Positions 9,222 to 18,443 of a DNA stretch of 64,000 nucleotides are shown piece by piece (position 1 is the stretch's first letter; the number at the start of each line of letters is the position of its first letter). The DNA is from Candidatus Poribacteria bacterium (GTDB taxonomy: Bacteria; Poribacteria; WGA-4E; WGA-3G). Position numbers and translations under genes: made by a program. The stretch lies in contig JAJEDB010000115.1 in assembly GCA_022821725.1 (NCBI GenBank), positions 17,457-81,456 of the forward strand, read 5' to 3'. A model generated the notes under the pieces. It ran no database searches and had not been told where the DNA came from. It was given only the letters and a program-made list of their open reading frames with translations.

Positions 9222-9321
9222 AGGACTTACGCAGGGCACTCTTTTGTAGCATAACCTGTTAGGTTGTGCCTTGGGACCAGCTGCGTTTTTTCGAGGATCC
9301 TCAGTCCACGTTTGGTTTGCG
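9222..9321 (+). mobile_element. MITE-like element, copy 1 (intact left TIR, degenerate right end)
   Basis: AGGACTTACGCA at 9222-9233, internal GTAG hairpin 9246-9269 (GCATAACCT gtt AGGTTGTGC). The right end is reduced to tttgcgt next to the stop of the downstream gene. Confidence 0.55.
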
Positions 9322-9324
9322 TTG

Positions 9325-10674
9325 TTATTTACTATCCGATCTCTGTCGCATTTGATAGACAAACATATTCGTCATGAACCGATAGACATCCGAGGAACGT
9401 CTTGCTGATAATGGCGCGCGGCTATCGATCTCCGCGGTCTCCATACTGCATAAATAATCGAGCGGACAAAACACAACTGCCAGACGATCTTTACCGAACC
9501 GCCCTGGTATTGAGATACCTTTAATGTATCGCCACTTATCGTTACCACCTTTATAGTCTGTCCCCCAAAACGTTGAGCCTCCAACAGGCGTTCTCTCCAG
9601 TTTGAAATAACATTGGAATACTTCATGTTGAATATTGAGCGTTGTCAGTGGATACTCTGGAAACACTGTGCGTAATTCGGTTTCTACGAGCGTTGCGAAC
9701 GATTTTTCGTTGCCACCATTTCCGCAGTAGTCGAAAAACAGCATACCGTTATAGTGAAGGATATATTTCCGCAGGGCTGCCCGTTCTGCGTCACTGAATC
9801 CCGATGTCTGTGAATTTCGGTCGGCGAGTTGCCGATAGGATACCGACATCGCTTGATCGTGTCCTGTCATTATCATGAGTGGCGCGTTCATGATATCTGG
9901 ATCCGTTAGCGGTAGCGCGCCACCTTCATAATCCATATCCGCGCTGATGGTTTTCACATGCTCTTGTAGCCACTTGATGAGCGATGGAATCGCTGTGGGG
10001 TCTTGCCACCAGTCGCTCATATCGTGCTTGAGGCGTATCAGTCGGATATGTCCGCGCACGACACCTCCATCTTCATCAATCATACTGCCGAGTTGCTCCC
10101 CGATCTCATCTTCGTAAGTGCCGACGATATCCGAGACCTCGTTCCCTCCGAAGGCGTCTTGTCCGGTGCCGCTGCCTTCCGTCAAATTACCGAGACCGCG
10201 GCTTGTGTCGGAACCTGCCGTGCCTGTTTTATCTCCGGGGGTGCTACCGAAGCCGCGCGTATTCTCAATTTCTCCGCTGCCTCTTTTAATGGTAGGGGAG
10301 TTCGCATCAATGAGCGAGGAGTCCGCGGAGGAGGGCAGTTTCGCTACGGTAGCGTCAGGCGGCGGCTCAAATTGTGGGGTGATTTGAACCTGGGGCAGTG
10401 CCGAAACAGAGGGTAACCGTTGTGAGGGACCGGGAAGCGATGACGCGTTCGCAGCGTCCTGTTGCACCGGAACTATTACTTTTTTCGGGATCTGTATCTG
10501 CTGTGTGGGTGAAACAAACTCCACAGCGAAGCTATCTGTTTCCTGCTCCACCAGCGGTTTCAATAACCATATCGCGATTGCAATGATTGCAATGGTATGT
10601 CCCCCTAAAGCGAGTAGCAGTGCCCTGTTTCTTCGTTGTGTGGCGTAGTATTTCTTGATCGTGCGGGTGTTCAT
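9325..10674 (-). CDS. membrane-anchored DUF4159-like protein
   Basis: N-terminal TM (LLLALGGHTIAIIAIAIWLL) and a Pro/Ser/Gly-rich linker. The C-terminal block IRLKHDMSDWW...LMIMTGHD...LRKYILHYNGMLFFDYCG matches the DUF4159 pattern from memory. Confidence 0.55.
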   Translation of the reverse strand: MNTRTIKKYYATQRRNRALLLALGGHTIAIIAIAIWLLKPLVEQETDSFAVEFVSPTQQIQIPKKVIVPVQQDAANASSLPGPSQRLPSVSALPQVQITPQFEPPPDATVAKLPSSADSSLIDANSPTIKRGSGEIENTRGFGSTPGDKTGTAGSDTSRGLGNLTEGSGTGQDAFGGNEVSDIVGTYEDEIGEQLGSMIDEDGGVVRGHIRLIRLKHDMSDWWQDPTAIPSLIKWLQEHVKTISADMDYEGGALPLTDPDIMNAPLMIMTGHDQAMSVSYRQLADRNSQTSGFSDAERAALRKYILHYNGMLFFDYCGNGGNEKSFATLVETELRTVFPEYPLTTLNIQHEVFQCYFKLERTPVGGSTFWGTDYKGGNDKWRYIKGISIPGRFGKDRLAVVFCPLDYLCSMETAEIDSRAPLSARRSSDVYRFMTNMFVYQMRQRSDSK

Positions 10675-10764
10675 GAGGATTTCTCTATTGCCATTTGGTT
10701 AGAGTTTGTTTTTGCACTTTGAATATTATACCATTTCTATTTGAATATATTTCATTGGAAACTT

Positions 10765-10788
10765 GTAGCATAGGCTGTTAGCCTGTGC
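10765..10788 (+). repeat. GTAG-headed hairpin (REP-like)
   Basis: gtaGCATAGGCTgttAGCCTGTGC. Same loop and flanks as 9246-9269, with compensatory stem changes. Confidence 0.6.
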
Positions 10789-10911
10789 CAGCGTAGTTCC
10801 TTTCAGAAGGTCCAGTAATGCGATATTTATTCTCAGAAATGGTATTATTTCACCTTGTGGAGCAGGACCGTAGGCATAGGCGGGAGCCTAATCTTGTGAT
10901 GAATCAAGGCT

Positions 10912-12732
10912 TTATCGAAGAACCTCGTTCATATTCCAGAGGAGAATAGTTCCGTCTTCACTTCCACTGATGAGGGTTTGACCATCTCTGGAAAACGCTA
11001 AAGCCGTAATCTTACGAGTGTGTTGCGTGAATATGGTTCTTCCTGTTTGTGTTTGGAGATCATATAACCAAATGTCACCGATCGCATCACCGATCGCAAG
11101 AAAACGCGTCGTAGGGGAAAAAGCAAGTGCCCCAATAGCACGCGATTCCAGTAGAAAACTTTTTCTTTCTTCGCCGACGAGGGAGTTCCAGTAACGCAGC
11201 GTGCGATTCTGTTCACCACTTGCAAGAAAAGTGCCGTCAATAGCGAATGTCAATGCAGTAACAGTGCTCTCTGCCCCTCGAAATGTTGCTAATTCTTGGC
11301 GAGTAGCAATATTCAATAGATGGATTTTACCATCTAAGCCACCACTGGCGAGAGTAGTCCCGGCTGGTGAGAAAGCCAACGCTGTTATCCCGTCCCTGTT
11401 GCCGGTTAGTATTTCTTGTAGACTACTATTATTCCAATCTCCGTTATTGGTAAGAGCACTATCAACATCTGATAAAAAAATCTTATCGTTTTCAGGACCA
11501 GCACTTGCCAGTGTCTTCCCATTCCAAGAAAAGGCTGCAGCATCTGTTAACCCCGTGTGTTCTCGTATAACTGACAAAACAGTGCCTGTCCCGGCATCCC
11601 ATAAACGGAGTTTACCGTCTAAGCCCGGACCACAAGCATAGATACGGTTATCTGCTGTGTATACCAATGCCTTAACCATGCCGGTATGTCCGGTTAAGGT
11701 GACACGCGGGGTCCTCCGCCTCATATCCCATAATTGGACAGTTCCATCAAAACTGGCAGTGGCAAGTGTGCGGCCATCCGGTGAAAACCTGACTTCATTA
11801 ACGGAATCTCGGTGGCCGTCAAAGACTGAATCCGGGTTTCGGTCAAACGAGTTTACAAGGTGATCGGCTGTTGTGTTCCAAACCCGAATTAATCTGTCTT
11901 CACTTCCACTTGCGAAGGTGTATTTATCCGCATCCGATGCGGAGGGATTTGATGTGAAAGCAACTGCATGGATGGGGGCATTGGGTCGCCTCGGTGGGGA
12001 CAGACTACCGCCAGGGAAAACAAGATCCCAAAACCGAATTGTACCATCTAAACTGGAACTAACGAGAATTCTGTCGGAATGCAGGAAAATTACGCCTGAA
12101 ACCCGTTCTGTATGCTCGTTGAATTCGTAAATTTTGTCGCCAGTGCCTGTATCCCATATCCGAATCGTTCCATCTTTACTGCCGCCGGCAAGCATACTGT
12201 TATCCGATGAGAATGCTATCGAAGAAACCGCAGAAGTATATCCAGGCAGAATCGCTCGGAGGTTGTTGGCGTGAACATCCCATATCCGAATCGTGTTATC
12301 TGTTCCGCCACTGGCAACCATGCTATCATCGCCTGAAAAGGCGATCGCGTGAATATGTCCCGTATGCCCTGAAAAAGCTCGCGTGCTTCCGCTAAAGGTA
12401 TCCCATAGATAGACAGTGCGGTCCTCATGCGCAGCAGCGAGGGTGCCCCCATCACTGGAATACGCGATCGCATTGGCACCGCCCATCGGACCTCTTAGCA
12501 AATCTCTTTCGTTTCCAGTGCTGACCTCATAAATCCAAATACCGATAGTGGTTGCAACGGCGAGTTCTTTACCGTTTGGCGAAAATAGAGCGTCTTTGAC
12601 CCATCCTTTGCCGAAACGCGCTGTCGCCCCTTGCGGCAACTCAAATTGTGTAGAACCTTGAGCGAAAACGCTCGGCAAAAACAGTATATTGATAGACAGC
12701 ATGCCTATAAGTAAAATAAATCCTTTTCTCAT
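10912..12732 (-). CDS. secreted WD40 (beta-propeller) repeat protein
   Basis: Signal peptide MRKGFILLIGMLSINILFLPSVFAQG. More than 12 repeats of the H..V..VAFSPDG..LASGS.D.TI.LWD type. Confidence 0.85.
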   Translation of the reverse strand: MRKGFILLIGMLSINILFLPSVFAQGSTQFELPQGATARFGKGWVKDALFSPNGKELAVATTIGIWIYEVSTGNERDLLRGPMGGANAIAYSSDGGTLAAAHEDRTVYLWDTFSGSTRAFSGHTGHIHAIAFSGDDSMVASGGTDNTIRIWDVHANNLRAILPGYTSAVSSIAFSSDNSMLAGGSKDGTIRIWDTGTGDKIYEFNEHTERVSGVIFLHSDRILVSSSLDGTIRFWDLVFPGGSLSPPRRPNAPIHAVAFTSNPSASDADKYTFASGSEDRLIRVWNTTADHLVNSFDRNPDSVFDGHRDSVNEVRFSPDGRTLATASFDGTVQLWDMRRRTPRVTLTGHTGMVKALVYTADNRIYACGPGLDGKLRLWDAGTGTVLSVIREHTGLTDAAAFSWNGKTLASAGPENDKIFLSDVDSALTNNGDWNNSSLQEILTGNRDGITALAFSPAGTTLASGGLDGKIHLLNIATRQELATFRGAESTVTALTFAIDGTFLASGEQNRTLRYWNSLVGEERKSFLLESRAIGALAFSPTTRFLAIGDAIGDIWLYDLQTQTGRTIFTQHTRKITALAFSRDGQTLISGSEDGTILLWNMNEVLR

Positions 12733-14063
12733 CTGGAGTTCTCCTTCTCTCTGATTTTCTCTAACAGTCGGTGGGCTTCTTCGTAATCTGGGTCAATCGC
12801 CAAGGCATTCTTAACAGCATCTTCTGCATAAACATAGTTATGTAGATTGAAATGGGCGACACCAAGATAAAAGTAGGCTTTTCTATCGTTTGAATCAATA
12901 TCGATGACCTTGTTAAACTTAACGACAGCGGTGTGGTTATCGTTTTGATCAAGGGCTTCAAGACCTTGGTCGCAGTAACGCTTTTTTATATCTCTTAGAA
13001 GTTGTATGGCAGGCCCATATTCGCTATTGATACGTAGTGCTTTCCTTGCCTTCTCCTCAGCGAGTTCCAATTCACCTCTATCAAAATGTTCACGTCCTTG
13101 ATTGGTAATTACCTCTACTACCTGATGTTTAATTTTTCTCATAAGCCTGAAAACCTTTTGATCCAAAGCAGCACGACTGTCAGCATATTCCTGCTCAGCA
13201 TTCTCAATGATCTGAATCACCAATTCGCATTTAGATGTATCCTGATCTCTTTTTGCCCAGTCGAAGTATACCACTGCCAATCCGTAATATGCTTCAATAG
13301 TGTTCGGGGTATAAGCATAGCCATCAATGAGTCTCTCGAACGCATCAACGGATTGCTGGAAGAGACCGGCTTTATGATAGCACCTGCCTGCCCAATAGAG
13401 GGCATATATTGCAGTTTCAGCAGGTAGATGGTTACTCGCGAAGGTTTTGTATTGTGTAGCGGCTTCCTTGAAACGTTTTTCAAAGCGAAGGGAGGTCGCC
13501 TCTATAAGTGCTGCAAAATCCGGAGTGACGATCTCTTCCCCGTTCGGTGGCGGTGGCGGTGGCGGCAGTGGATTTATACAAACGAGTGCTCTTTGATATT
13601 TTTGATTAATTTGCTCTCTACGCGCCGCGTCCTGTGTCGTCTCTAACGCACGTTTGTATTCTTCGCTAGCGGCTTCGCAATCCTTATGATCGAAATAGAT
13701 GTCTCCCCTACCGACATAGGAATCGGTCACGTATCGACTTTCAGGAAAATTTACAATGACTTCCCTGTAGCGTTCAAGTGCTACATTCACATTGCCTAAC
13801 TGCTGCTCGCATTGTGCTATTTTGTAGTGGATATATGCTTGGAATTCTGGAACAATCGTGTCTGTCTTTACACCTAACTTTTTTGATTCTTTCAGTGCTT
13901 TGTTATATCTTTCGAGTGCCTCTTCGTAACGTCCATCTTCGTAAGCCATTTCCGCATCTTCAAAAATTCGTTCTACTTTTTTTGAACTACCCAACACAAA
14001 GGGGGAGAGGAGTGCAACTACCAAGGCAAGTCCACCGATGATTCCCCAAATTTTTCTGTCCAT
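12729..14063 (-). CDS. membrane-anchored TPR repeat protein
   Basis: N-terminal anchor IIGGLALVVALLSPFVL, multiple TPR units (A..Y..A), poly-Pro tract. The ATGA overlap with the WD40 gene suggests coupling. Confidence 0.8.
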   Translation of the reverse strand: MDRKIWGIIGGLALVVALLSPFVLGSSKKVERIFEDAEMAYEDGRYEEALERYNKALKESKKLGVKTDTIVPEFQAYIHYKIAQCEQQLGNVNVALERYREVIVNFPESRYVTDSYVGRGDIYFDHKDCEAASEEYKRALETTQDAARREQINQKYQRALVCINPLPPPPPPPNGEEIVTPDFAALIEATSLRFEKRFKEAATQYKTFASNHLPAETAIYALYWAGRCYHKAGLFQQSVDAFERLIDGYAYTPNTIEAYYGLAVVYFDWAKRDQDTSKCELVIQIIENAEQEYADSRAALDQKVFRLMRKIKHQVVEVITNQGREHFDRGELELAEEKARKALRINSEYGPAIQLLRDIKKRYCDQGLEALDQNDNHTAVVKFNKVIDIDSNDRKAYFYLGVAHFNLHNYVYAEDAVKNALAIDPDYEEAHRLLEKIREKENSR

Positions 14064-14065
14064 TA

Positions 14066-16243
14066 TTACCTCCTTGCTCCTCGAATTTCGAGAGAAAAAT
14101 TTTTAGACGCAAGAATCGTTTTATCATTTTCGACCAAAACCAATTGGATCTTCAAGGATTGCGTTCGGGGGCGCGCATGATCGGAGGCACTCATCTCTAC
14201 AGCGATATTTTCTGTGCTATTTTTTTTCAATTTTGAAATAATATCAGGAGGCTTGTAGTCGATACCAGTGATAAAGGTTGGATCAAACTTGATCCGGATG
14301 TTGCGAGCTGTACCTCCACTGTTGCGAATCTTTAGCCTGAGTCGTGCTGTTTCACCCGCATCAAGGGCTTTGTTCTTCGAGGGTTCCTCTAAAGAAACAT
14401 TTATTGAGAGGTTAGGAGGTGCGGCATTCCACCACGAAGGAAGAATGTCGAACCTGATAGCAACAAAGATACCCAGGGCAATAATAGCGAAAATCGCGGC
14501 ATAGCGCAACACTTTCTTCCGAATTCTCTGATTTTTCTCCCTATTTCTGGCGAACTGTATCACTTGCAGGAGTTCGCGTGCTGACTGATGAGATGGATTG
14601 CGCTTTAACGCTTCTTCCGTGGCAGATTTGGCATCGTCAAAGGCACCTATTTCAAGGTAAGCCTGCCCTAACCCGTAGTGTGCCTCTATTGAACTTGGGT
14701 CCGCCTTTATCACCCTTTTAAACGCAGCCGCAGCTTGTAGATACTGTCCATTGTTCAAAAAAACAAGTCCGCGTTCAAGCTCTCGTTTCACATCCGTTGT
14801 GTCGGGGATGCTGCTTGCAGGCACTATCGGTTGCGGTTGAGGCGGCGGAGCAGGACGCGCCTGTCTAATATCATCCAAAAGTTGACGCGCAGGTTCGGAG
14901 TTCGTGTCAATCCTTAACGCCGCGTTCGCTGCGGTTTCCGCCTCATCAAGTTGTCCCATCTCAAGATAGACTTCGCCTAAACTCACGTATGCTGCCACAA
15001 AATTAGCGTCCAGACCTATCGCCTTTTGGAATTCCGCGATTGCCTCCGTATACATTTCCGAGTTCTTGTAAGCGATACCAAGTTCATAATGCGTTTCCTG
15101 TCTCGGTTTCAGAGGTGACTGTTGCTTTACGGGTTGCTCTGTTTCTAAAGACGGAGGCGTCTGGGTCTCAGCGGGTGTGAAACCCGGATCAATGGCTTCC
15201 AGAAGAGAACGTGCGGGTTGATAGTTCGTATCCAGTTTCAACACCTCCCTCGCGGCCTCTCTTGCCTTTCCGAGTTCTTGCTGTCCCAAGTAGGCGAGGG
15301 CAAGCGAGTGGTGCGCAGCCTTGTAAGTGCGATCGAGGGTGATGGTCTTCTGAAGTGCATCTACAGCGCGGGAGTAGGTTTCCATCTTCAGGTAGGTTAA
15401 CCCCAGATTGTAGTGGGCGGTGGTGAAATCAGGATCGAGGGTTATAGCGTTCTGGAAAGCAGTAACGGCTTCACTGTAGCGTTCATCGTTGAGATAGGTG
15501 ATACCCCTGTTGTAGTGTGCCTGTTTTATTGAGTTTGCGAGTTCGTGTGCGCGTTGATAGTTGGGGTCGAGCCTTAAGGTCTCTGTAACGGCATGTGTCG
15601 CCGCTTCCAAATTGCCTGATTCCCGATAGGCGCGGGCGAGGTTGTAATGTGCACGTTTGAGGTTCGGCGCAATTGCTATGGCACGTTCAAGATGCGGGAT
15701 CGCTTTGTCGTGGGATCCCTGTTCCACGTAAGCATAGCCGAGGTAGTAATGGGCATCGACAAGATCGGCATCTAAGGCGATCGCGTTTTGTAACGCATCG
15801 ATTGCCGCCTGATACGCCTCGAGTCTAATGTAAGCCACACCGAGATGGGCATAGATATGCTTATTGTCTATGTCAGAAACCTGTGAACTCCGTCCTAAAT
15901 CGGCATTAAGCGTCAGGGCTTTCTGGAACGTTGAAACGGCTTCTGTATAACGCTCAGCATTGAGATGATCTTTGCCTTGATTGTAATATGCCTGCGTGAG
16001 GGTGTCGCACAGCAGCAGCGCAGGTTGGTGAGTGGCATCCAGTCTTAGTGCCGCCTTGACCGAGGCACTGGCTTTCTCTAATGCGTTCTGTTCAAGATAC
16101 GCGCGGCAGAGCGCACAGTGAGCACCGATGAAATCCGCATCCAACTTTATGGCTGCCTCGAACTCAGGAACAGCTCTGTCGTATTGCCCCGCCTCCAGAT
16201 AAGCGATACCGAGATTATAGTGTGCCTCTTTTATAGCGTCCAT
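14066..16243 (-). CDS. TPR repeat protein with one internal TM and a C-terminal Ig/CARDB-like domain
   Basis: About 14 TPR units (AHYNLG.AY...G.Y..A...F..A..LDP), TM YAAIFAIIALGIFVAI, then a beta-rich tail. Ends 2 nt before the next gene. Confidence 0.8.
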   Translation of the reverse strand: MDAIKEAHYNLGIAYLEAGQYDRAVPEFEAAIKLDADFIGAHCALCRAYLEQNALEKASASVKAALRLDATHQPALLLCDTLTQAYYNQGKDHLNAERYTEAVSTFQKALTLNADLGRSSQVSDIDNKHIYAHLGVAYIRLEAYQAAIDALQNAIALDADLVDAHYYLGYAYVEQGSHDKAIPHLERAIAIAPNLKRAHYNLARAYRESGNLEAATHAVTETLRLDPNYQRAHELANSIKQAHYNRGITYLNDERYSEAVTAFQNAITLDPDFTTAHYNLGLTYLKMETYSRAVDALQKTITLDRTYKAAHHSLALAYLGQQELGKAREAAREVLKLDTNYQPARSLLEAIDPGFTPAETQTPPSLETEQPVKQQSPLKPRQETHYELGIAYKNSEMYTEAIAEFQKAIGLDANFVAAYVSLGEVYLEMGQLDEAETAANAALRIDTNSEPARQLLDDIRQARPAPPPQPQPIVPASSIPDTTDVKRELERGLVFLNNGQYLQAAAAFKRVIKADPSSIEAHYGLGQAYLEIGAFDDAKSATEEALKRNPSHQSARELLQVIQFARNREKNQRIRKKVLRYAAIFAIIALGIFVAIRFDILPSWWNAAPPNLSINVSLEEPSKNKALDAGETARLRLKIRNSGGTARNIRIKFDPTFITGIDYKPPDIISKLKKNSTENIAVEMSASDHARPRTQSLKIQLVLVENDKTILASKNFSLEIRGARR

Positions 16244-16324
16244 TTGCTTGAGAAAGAAGATTGCTTTCGGAATTAATTTTAGTCGTATTTTACCAGATAT
16301 GCTTTAATGTTGCAAACAAAAATC

Positions 16325-16353
16325 TTGAGCGCAGTTCAATTGTGCGGTATAAT
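16325..16353 (+). promoter_or_regulatory. sigma70-type promoter, TTGAGC-17-TATAAT
   Basis: TTGAGC 16325-16330, 17-nt spacer, TATAAT 16348-16353, upstream of the membrane-protein gene. Confidence 0.55.
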
Positions 16354-16403
16354 GGCGTTGTGGTTCTACAGGTAAACGACACGCACCTTGACTGGGGCTC
16401 TAT

Positions 16404-18311
16404 ATGCTGCAACACTCGCCTGCCCTCTCTACGTCTTCTCGTCAGAAAATCCGGTGGCGGATTATTTGGCTTGGACTCGCACTGATTCCCTTCAATAACT
16501 ATTGGGTCTTCGCATCGTTGCGTTGGGATCAAGGGTTCCCGACGACGATGTCCCTCTTTTTCAATGCCATCTTCGCACTCGTCCTCCTGATTGCGCTCAA
16601 TACACTCCTTCACCGGTTCGCGCCGCGCGCTGCGCTCACCCAAGGCGAGTTGCTGACGCTCTACGCGATGCTATCTGTAGCCTCGGCTATCTGTGGACAT
16701 GACCTGTTTGAGGTAATCATTACCAATATTGCCACAGTCGGCTGGTTGGCGACGGAGGAGAATGAGTGGAGCACGCTCTTCCACCGTTATCTCCCAGATT
16801 GGCTCGCAGTGACGGACAAGAATCGGTTGACTGTCTATTTTACCGGAGAATCCAGCCTCTATCTGCGTCCGCACCTTGAGATGTGGTGGAAACCTACGCT
16901 TGCTTGGAGCGGGTTTATCATCGTCCTGCTGTTCACGACGTTTTGCATTAACGTGATGCTACGCAGACAGTGGATTGAAATAGAACGGCTCAGCTATCCG
17001 ATCATTGAGTTGCCGTATCAGATGACAACGGCGCGTTTTTTCCGCTCAAAACCGTTGTGGATCGGCATCATCCTCGCAGGCGGGATAGATGTCGCTAACG
17101 GGCTGCATTTCCTGTTTCCAAACTTTCCGGGACTCGGCGGCGAGTTCTATGATCTGCGTCCACTGTTTACGACGAAACCGTGGAATGCGATCGGTTGGAC
17201 ACCAATTGTTTTCTTTCCGTTCGTTATCGGGATGGCGTATTTTATTCCACTCGACCTTTCGTTTACGTTCTGGTTTTTCTATATCTTCTGGAAGTTTGAG
17301 ATGATCTTTGGCAGTATCGCTGGCTTGCAACGGATTCCGGGGTTCCCGTTCATCTTCGACCAATCGTTTGGGGTGTGCGTCGGGGTCCTGTGTATGGCGA
17401 TATGGAGTGCCCGGGAGCATCTACGAAATGTGCTGAGGCAGGCGTGGCACGGTAGCAGCAGAACGGAATCCAACGAGCCGATGTCCTATCGCGTTGCGGT
17501 GTTAGGGTTAATCTGTGGATTTCTGCTCCTCGCCGGTTTTTGGTGGGTAGCGGGGATGTCGTTCTGGGTAGCGATCCTCGTTTTTGCTATCCATCTGACG
17601 ACGGTGACCGTAATTACGCGGGTTCGCGCTGAACTCGGTCCACCGATTCATGACTTACGCTCTATGGGACCCGATGTCTTACTCCCCAAGATGTTCGGAA
17701 TGCGACGCCTCGGTGGACAAAATTTGGCACTCTTTTCATTGATATTCTGCTTCAACCGTGCGTATCGCGGCAATACAATGCCGCACCAGTTAGAGGGCTT
17801 GAAATTGGCGGAACGCTCACGCAGTTCTTCACGGCGGATTGCCGTCGCGATGCTCCTCGCGATGCTCCTAAGTCCTTTTGCGGCGTTTTGGGGGGCACTG
17901 CATCTCGGTTATGAGAGTGGCGCGATTGAGGTGTGGTCTGGCTCGGTGTTTAACCGCACACAGAATTGGCTCACGAACCCGATGCCCGTGGACATTCCAG
18001 CGTTGGTTGCGATGGTCTGCGGACTTCTGTTCGCATTCGGTCTGACCTTGGTTCGGCTCCGTTTTTTCTGGTGGCCCCTGTATCCGATTGGATACGCCAT
18101 CTCTGGGACGTGGGCAGTGAACTTTTTCTGGTTTTCGGTGTTCATCAGTTATTTCATCAAGTTAGCGATTCTGCGTTTCGGCGGCGTGCGGACGTTTCGG
18201 CGGCTTGCCCCGTTCTTTCTGGGGTTGATTTTGGGTGAATTCTTGGTCGGAAGTGTCTGGGGACTTCTCGGCATCTTCCTCGAAAAGCCAATGTACCGAT
18301 TTATTTGGTGA
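16404..18311 (+). CDS. polytopic integral membrane protein, function unknown
   Basis: 635 aa with about 14 hydrophobic segments, Trp/Phe rich. No transporter signature I can name. Confidence 0.7.
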   Translation: MLQHSPALSTSSRQKIRWRIIWLGLALIPFNNYWVFASLRWDQGFPTTMSLFFNAIFALVLLIALNTLLHRFAPRAALTQGELLTLYAMLSVASAICGHDLFEVIITNIATVGWLATEENEWSTLFHRYLPDWLAVTDKNRLTVYFTGESSLYLRPHLEMWWKPTLAWSGFIIVLLFTTFCINVMLRRQWIEIERLSYPIIELPYQMTTARFFRSKPLWIGIILAGGIDVANGLHFLFPNFPGLGGEFYDLRPLFTTKPWNAIGWTPIVFFPFVIGMAYFIPLDLSFTFWFFYIFWKFEMIFGSIAGLQRIPGFPFIFDQSFGVCVGVLCMAIWSAREHLRNVLRQAWHGSSRTESNEPMSYRVAVLGLICGFLLLAGFWWVAGMSFWVAILVFAIHLTTVTVITRVRAELGPPIHDLRSMGPDVLLPKMFGMRRLGGQNLALFSLIFCFNRAYRGNTMPHQLEGLKLAERSRSSSRRIAVAMLLAMLLSPFAAFWGALHLGYESGAIEVWSGSVFNRTQNWLTNPMPVDIPALVAMVCGLLFAFGLTLVRLRFFWWPLYPIGYAISGTWAVNFFWFSVFISYFIKLAILRFGGVRTFRRLAPFFLGLILGEFLVGSVWGLLGIFLEKPMYRFIW

Positions 18312-18404
18312 CGGCGCACGTCCACCAATTTTCGCTTGACAAAGCGGCGTGGATTCCCATAGAATATAACCAGAGTTGTCAGCTTGTCGTATGCGTGAAA
18401 AAAC

Positions 18405-18434
18405 TTGACGAACCCCAATGAGCTATGCTATACT
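18405..18434 (+). promoter_or_regulatory. sigma70-type promoter, TTGACG-18-TATACT
   Basis: TTGACG 18405-18410 and TATACT 18429-18434. The ATG at 18444 is only about 3 nt past the expected TSS, giving a near-leaderless layout. Confidence 0.5.
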
Positions 18435-18443
18435 CCATGTATA

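Noticed and set aside
9286-9603. Apparent homopolymer mismatch: I count T5 at 9286-9290 and T4 at 9600-9603, whereas the supplied translations of ORFs 9153..9362, 9372..9626 and 9325..10674 require T6 and T3
   Set aside because: This is most likely my own miscount of homopolymers, since the two differences cancel. I trust the ORF track. My coordinates for small features between about 9291 and 9600 could be off by 1 nt.
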